IMG/VR virus record: IMGVR_UViG_3300037963_002318
Location: 1 to 60,369 of that record
Origin: a virus
Lineage: Duplodnaviria; Caudoviricetes
Reading direction: 5' to 3' (one strand)
DNA length: 60,369 nt
Positions 57,173 through 60,369 of this stretch are shown piece after piece. Under the pieces are notes generated by a model that was not told the DNA's origin, ran no database searches, and saw only the letters and a program-made list of their open reading frames with translations. Position 1 is the first letter of the stretch; each line of letters starts with the position of its first letter. Position numbers and translations under genes: made by a program.

Positions 57173-57730
57173 ATGAACATATTTGTTTTAGATAAGAACC
57201 CAATACGAGCCGCACATTACTTAGACGATGTTAGAGTACCTAAGATGTGCGTTGAAACCGCACAGATGATGGCATCAGCCCTGCGCCTACACGGTGCTAC
57301 TGATGAGCAGATGCCACTAACACAGAAAGGCACACCATACAAAGGAGGTTATCACAACCACCCTTGCACAGTATGGGCTGGTGTTTCGCTGGACAACTTT
57401 GCTTGGCTGGCTACCCACGGTGCCGCTTTGTGTGCAGAATACAAGGTACGCTTCGGTAAAGAGCATGCGTGTGAAGGCCCGATATGGCAGATGATTGAGT
57501 TAGCAGACCAGCATGTGTTCTTGCCCGACATCGGCCTAACACCATTCGCACAGGCTATGCCGGATGAGTACAAAGATGATGACGAAGTTGTAGCGTACCG
57601 AAGATATTATCAATCTAAAGCCCATAGCAAGGGCGGAGTCCGGTACGACAAGAGTACCCACGGCTGGCCCGATTGGTGGGTCGTGGACACAGACTTTCTA
57701 TACGGAGTAAAATACGAGGTGACAGAATGA
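57173..57730 (+). CDS. pyrimidine dimer DNA glycosylase-like (DenV-related) protein
   Basis: MNIFVLD, KMCVETAQMM, HNHPCTVW, EY..RFGK.H, QAMPDEYK, AYRRYY. Confidence 0.8.
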   Translation: MNIFVLDKNPIRAAHYLDDVRVPKMCVETAQMMASALRLHGATDEQMPLTQKGTPYKGGYHNHPCTVWAGVSLDNFAWLATHGAALCAEYKVRFGKEHACEGPIWQMIELADQHVFLPDIGLTPFAQAMPDEYKDDDEVVAYRRYYQSKAHSKGGVRYDKSTHGWPDWWVVDTDFLYGVKYEVTE

Positions 57731-57948
57731 GCGACAGAAAATTAGTTGAAGCAGCGAAGCACATACTGAGGTATGTGGTGATTAGAAATAATAGCATAAT
57801 ACCATTGACGCTGATGGATGCGGCGAAGGTTATCTATTTGGCGGTTGATGAGCATGCGTTAGAGGATGCCTACAATACCTTGCAGATGGAGGAGGCACAA
57901 CGCTACGATACCGAGCGAATGCGTATTGAGATGGGTGATGTGCTATGA
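57727..57948 (+). CDS. hypothetical protein
   Basis: GAGGTGA RBS; ATGA coupling at 57727. Confidence 0.5.
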   Translation: MSDRKLVEAAKHILRYVVIRNNSIIPLTLMDAAKVIYLAVDEHALEDAYNTLQMEEAQRYDTERMRIEMGDVL

Positions 57949-58223
57949 TGAGTAACAGGCTACACCGTGGTGGCTACATCAACAAGAAGGATAAACTGGT
58001 TGAGTTTATCTGTCTTGAGTGCGAGACCTGTCACAAGGTTGGTGCTATGGAGGGCTCTCTCAAGGAGATACCTAAAGACAAGGGCGTTCATTTGATGTTC
58101 GACCACAGGCCAAGCGTGATTTACTTCAAGGAAACTGAAGATGGAAAAAAGTATGAGCCGTTGTGCAGACAATGTTCAGACAGGATTTCATTAGTCGAGG
58201 TGGAGAAGGCGCAGAAATGTTGA
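57945..58223 (+). CDS. zinc-finger protein
   Basis: CLECETC...LCRQC. Confidence 0.55.
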   Translation: MMSNRLHRGGYINKKDKLVEFICLECETCHKVGAMEGSLKEIPKDKGVHLMFDHRPSVIYFKETEDGKKYEPLCRQCSDRISLVEVEKAQKC

Positions 58224-58241
58224 TATAGTGGCGGGCATAAA

Positions 58242-58349
58242 GAATAGAATGGAGCAGGGTCGAGATTTTGTGTGTTTCTCCCATCTAATTTAGATGGTTC
58301 CTCAAGGTTGCTTGCTTCGTTCCTTTCCCTCGGCCCTGCCCCGCTATTC
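58242..58349 (+). ncRNA. candidate small structured RNA or leader
   Basis: GCAGGGTCGAG/CTCGGCCCTGC closing stem, CCATCTAA-T-TTAGATGG inner hairpin, TATA-like box at 58220. Confidence 0.4.
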
Positions 58350-58381
58350 AACAAGCAACCAATTAGCGTAGGTGATATACT

Positions 58382-58687
58382 ATGAGAAGAAAACAATTAC
58401 ATATTTTTGCAGACAAGGTGGCGGCTATGCTCTTGGATAACCCAAGAGGATTGTCGTCATACGAGATATACAATAGACTTGCTGACGATAGAAGCAACAT
58501 GAGATGGCTACCAGCACGAAACACCATAGGCTCACGCCTGTCGAACATTATCGGTGTCGAACAGGTAGGCCAATCATTCGAGGCATTCCGAGCGCACGAC
58601 TTGGCTCCCAGCAGACAGGTTGTGCTATGGAGATTAGACATAGAGCGATTCAATCAATGGAGGTTTGGTAATGAGTCAACTAGGTGA
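58382..58687 (+). CDS. winged-helix-like protein
   Basis: VAAMLLDNPRGLSSYEIYNRL...PARNTIGSRLS; GGTGA RBS. Confidence 0.55.
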   Translation: MRRKQLHIFADKVAAMLLDNPRGLSSYEIYNRLADDRSNMRWLPARNTIGSRLSNIIGVEQVGQSFEAFRAHDLAPSRQVVLWRLDIERFNQWRFGNESTR

Positions 58688-59453
58688 ACCAATAGTGGTG
58701 AATCTATCCGACATTGACTTTGTGACTACCAAACCATACACTCGCAACGCTAGGGGCGAGTTAATCCAAACACCATACATAGAAATTAGTATCAATAAAA
58801 AGTTACCTAAGTTTATGATGATAGGCAAGGGCCTACTGTGGGCATATTTGGATGCACTGTTTGAAGATGACCCGCTACCTAGAGGGCCAGTCAATGAGGA
58901 CATATTCGCACCGAAGGTGGATGGGCCATCACTGTATTCGCTACTCAACTCATTTACCCAAGAGGTGAGGGAGGAGGGGACAAACTACATTGTGATGTAT
59001 CATAACGATTTTGTAGTCACATACTTTGAGTCATTCAACGCTTCGGTGTTGTCGGACATCAATGTTTTGGCTGAGGGGCTGGCACAACTGTGCCCAAAGC
59101 CTGTCGAAAAAAGACCATTCGTGTACAAGTCCAGTAAAGTTACCATTAGGCCATCACTTATGATGCCTATTAACGGGTGCTTGCTCGAAGTAATTGACAT
59201 CGGGCAACGCTGGTATTACCGACTGACCGCACAGGCTGGCAATAATGTGCTTATATCGCTGATACAACCCACTACCACTAAGAAGAATGACAAGGGTGAA
59301 ACATTCGCTAAACTACAATCGCTGATTGGTATAGCATCAAGAGTGAATGTGTTGCACATTGACGGCCACCACTTAGGAACACCTATGACTAACAAGGGCA
59401 TGAGGACTAATGAGATTGATGCAATTCTATACAGAAGGGGGTTGACTATTTAA
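58665..59453 (+). CDS. hypothetical protein adjacent to the inverted repeat
   Basis: 262-aa ORF; likely start is ATG 58671 after GGAGG. Confidence 0.6.
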   Translation: MVMSQLGEPIVVNLSDIDFVTTKPYTRNARGELIQTPYIEISINKKLPKFMMIGKGLLWAYLDALFEDDPLPRGPVNEDIFAPKVDGPSLYSLLNSFTQEVREEGTNYIVMYHNDFVVTYFESFNASVLSDINVLAEGLAQLCPKPVEKRPFVYKSSKVTIRPSLMMPINGCLLEVIDIGQRWYYRLTAQAGNNVLISLIQPTTTKKNDKGETFAKLQSLIGIASRVNVLHIDGHHLGTPMTNKGMRTNEIDAILYRRGLTI

Positions 59454-59460
59454 CTTTGAC

Positions 59461-59705
59461 TGAATTAATTTTATTATTTCAGTAACTACAAAAATAATTA
59501 AATGAGGCACTGCTCGCATGTTGTCCGAATTAATTTATTTCTTCAAAGACATTTATACAAAGGGGCGTAATACTATACTACTAACCTATGATATATACTT
59601 AATATAATGTTAAATGTTCTAAGGGAAATAAATTAATTAGCGCAATATCCACGCAGTAATTCGTTTATTTAATTTTACGATTACAGAATTAATAGAATTA
59701 ATTCA
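59461..59705. repeat. AT-rich 95-bp imperfect inverted repeat with 55-bp spacer (candidate replication origin)
   Basis: Arms 59461-59555 and 59611-59705 align without gaps, including a perfect AATTAATTTATTTC block. Confidence 0.8.
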
Positions 59706-59742
59706 ACAACAGTTAAATACTGACGACGGATTAGTGATTATT

Positions 59743-60369
59743 ATGAGAACGAAGCATGAGACAATAGACATATACCACGACGAACCGCTACCAAAACTAG
59801 ACGGCGTAGTGGTATTTACGGAGAATGAATACGGAATGGCATCACTGTTGGCGGGGACAACTATCATTGGTGATAGGGAACCCGATGCAGTAGTGATGAG
59901 TCACCTTCTGAGCGAGTTGGCTTTCAACGCCGCACCGAAGATGGCTAGAGTAGGTTGGGAAATCTATTTTGAAAAGAACCACTGTGGTGATACCATAGCA
60001 TTTGTTATGCTCACCAACTGGCCTAATGTTCAACTGTTCCCGCCGGAATCAAGCAAGGCTACATGGATTTACACATACCCTACTGTTAGGGATTTGGTGC
60101 TTGCCCTACAAGAATTGGGCGCAAAGGAAATGCGCTTCTTGTCAAGCACAACTATACATGAGGCCCTTGACAACGATACCTTTGCCCTGCTCTCTCCAAA
60201 GACCATAAAGAATTATGTGTACGGTAGCGATAGTAACGAGGATGATAACCTATTCTTCTCTCCGCCAACATGGCTATTCCCATACTTGGCGCACAAGATA
60301 GGTTACGAATGGTCTGAGATTATCATGTCCGGTTGTGATGATGATAAGAAGGTTGATGATGTGGCGGGT
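59743..60369 (+). CDS. PAC2-family proteasome assembly chaperone-like protein, truncated by the window end (not in ORF track)
   Basis: 209 open codons: GVVVF...YGMASLLAGTTII, WEIY, LQELGAKEMRFLSS, LFPYLAHKIG, VDDVAG. This follows the PAC2 motif order; TATA at 59713. Confidence 0.55.
   Translation, partial: MRTKHETIDIYHDEPLPKLDGVVVFTENEYGMASLLAGTTIIGDREPDAVVMSHLLSELAFNAAPKMARVGWEIYFEKNHCGDTIAFVMLTNWPNVQLFPPESSKATWIYTYPTVRDLVLALQELGAKEMRFLSSTTIHEALDNDTFALLSPKTIKNYVYGSDSNEDDNLFFSPPTWLFPYLAHKIGYEWSEIIMSGCDDDKKVDDVAG

Overview
The window is most likely a near-complete genome of a tailed (siphovirus-like) archaeal virus. By gene content and non-acidic proteome it resembles the viruses of Marine Group II Euryarchaeota (magrovirus-like); the host is inferred, not shown. 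It has four blocks. (1) 163-15145 (+) is an archaeal-type replication module: MCM-like helicase, RFC clamp loader, OB-fold SSB, RecA/Sak4-like ATPase, divergent PCNA, PolB, Cas4-like exonuclease, fused PriS-PriL primase and ERCC4/XPF nuclease. (2) 15131-43224 (-) is the morphogenesis module: metallophosphoesterase, terminase, portal, prohead protease/scaffold, capsid, neck, tail tube, frameshifted tail chaperone, tape measure and a giant tail-tip protein. (3) 43300-51300 is an unusual accessory region. Self-contained transcription units are separated by six co-oriented copies of a bipartite TTAGTAA...TCAGTAA box followed by a (GA)n tract. This region also holds a ~500-nt highly structured non-coding segment and an amidoligase-GATase fusion with two hydrophobic segments. 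(4) 51600-60369 (+) holds small early-type genes driven by a shared TATA-GGGG-N3-CCCC promoter, a gap-free 95-bp inverted repeat (candidate origin), and a PAC2-like proteasome chaperone ORF. That ORF runs off the right end, and its probable C-terminus (ending MWG) is at the left end, suggesting the two ends are close on a circular map. No tRNA, CRISPR array, integrase or reverse transcriptase was recognised.
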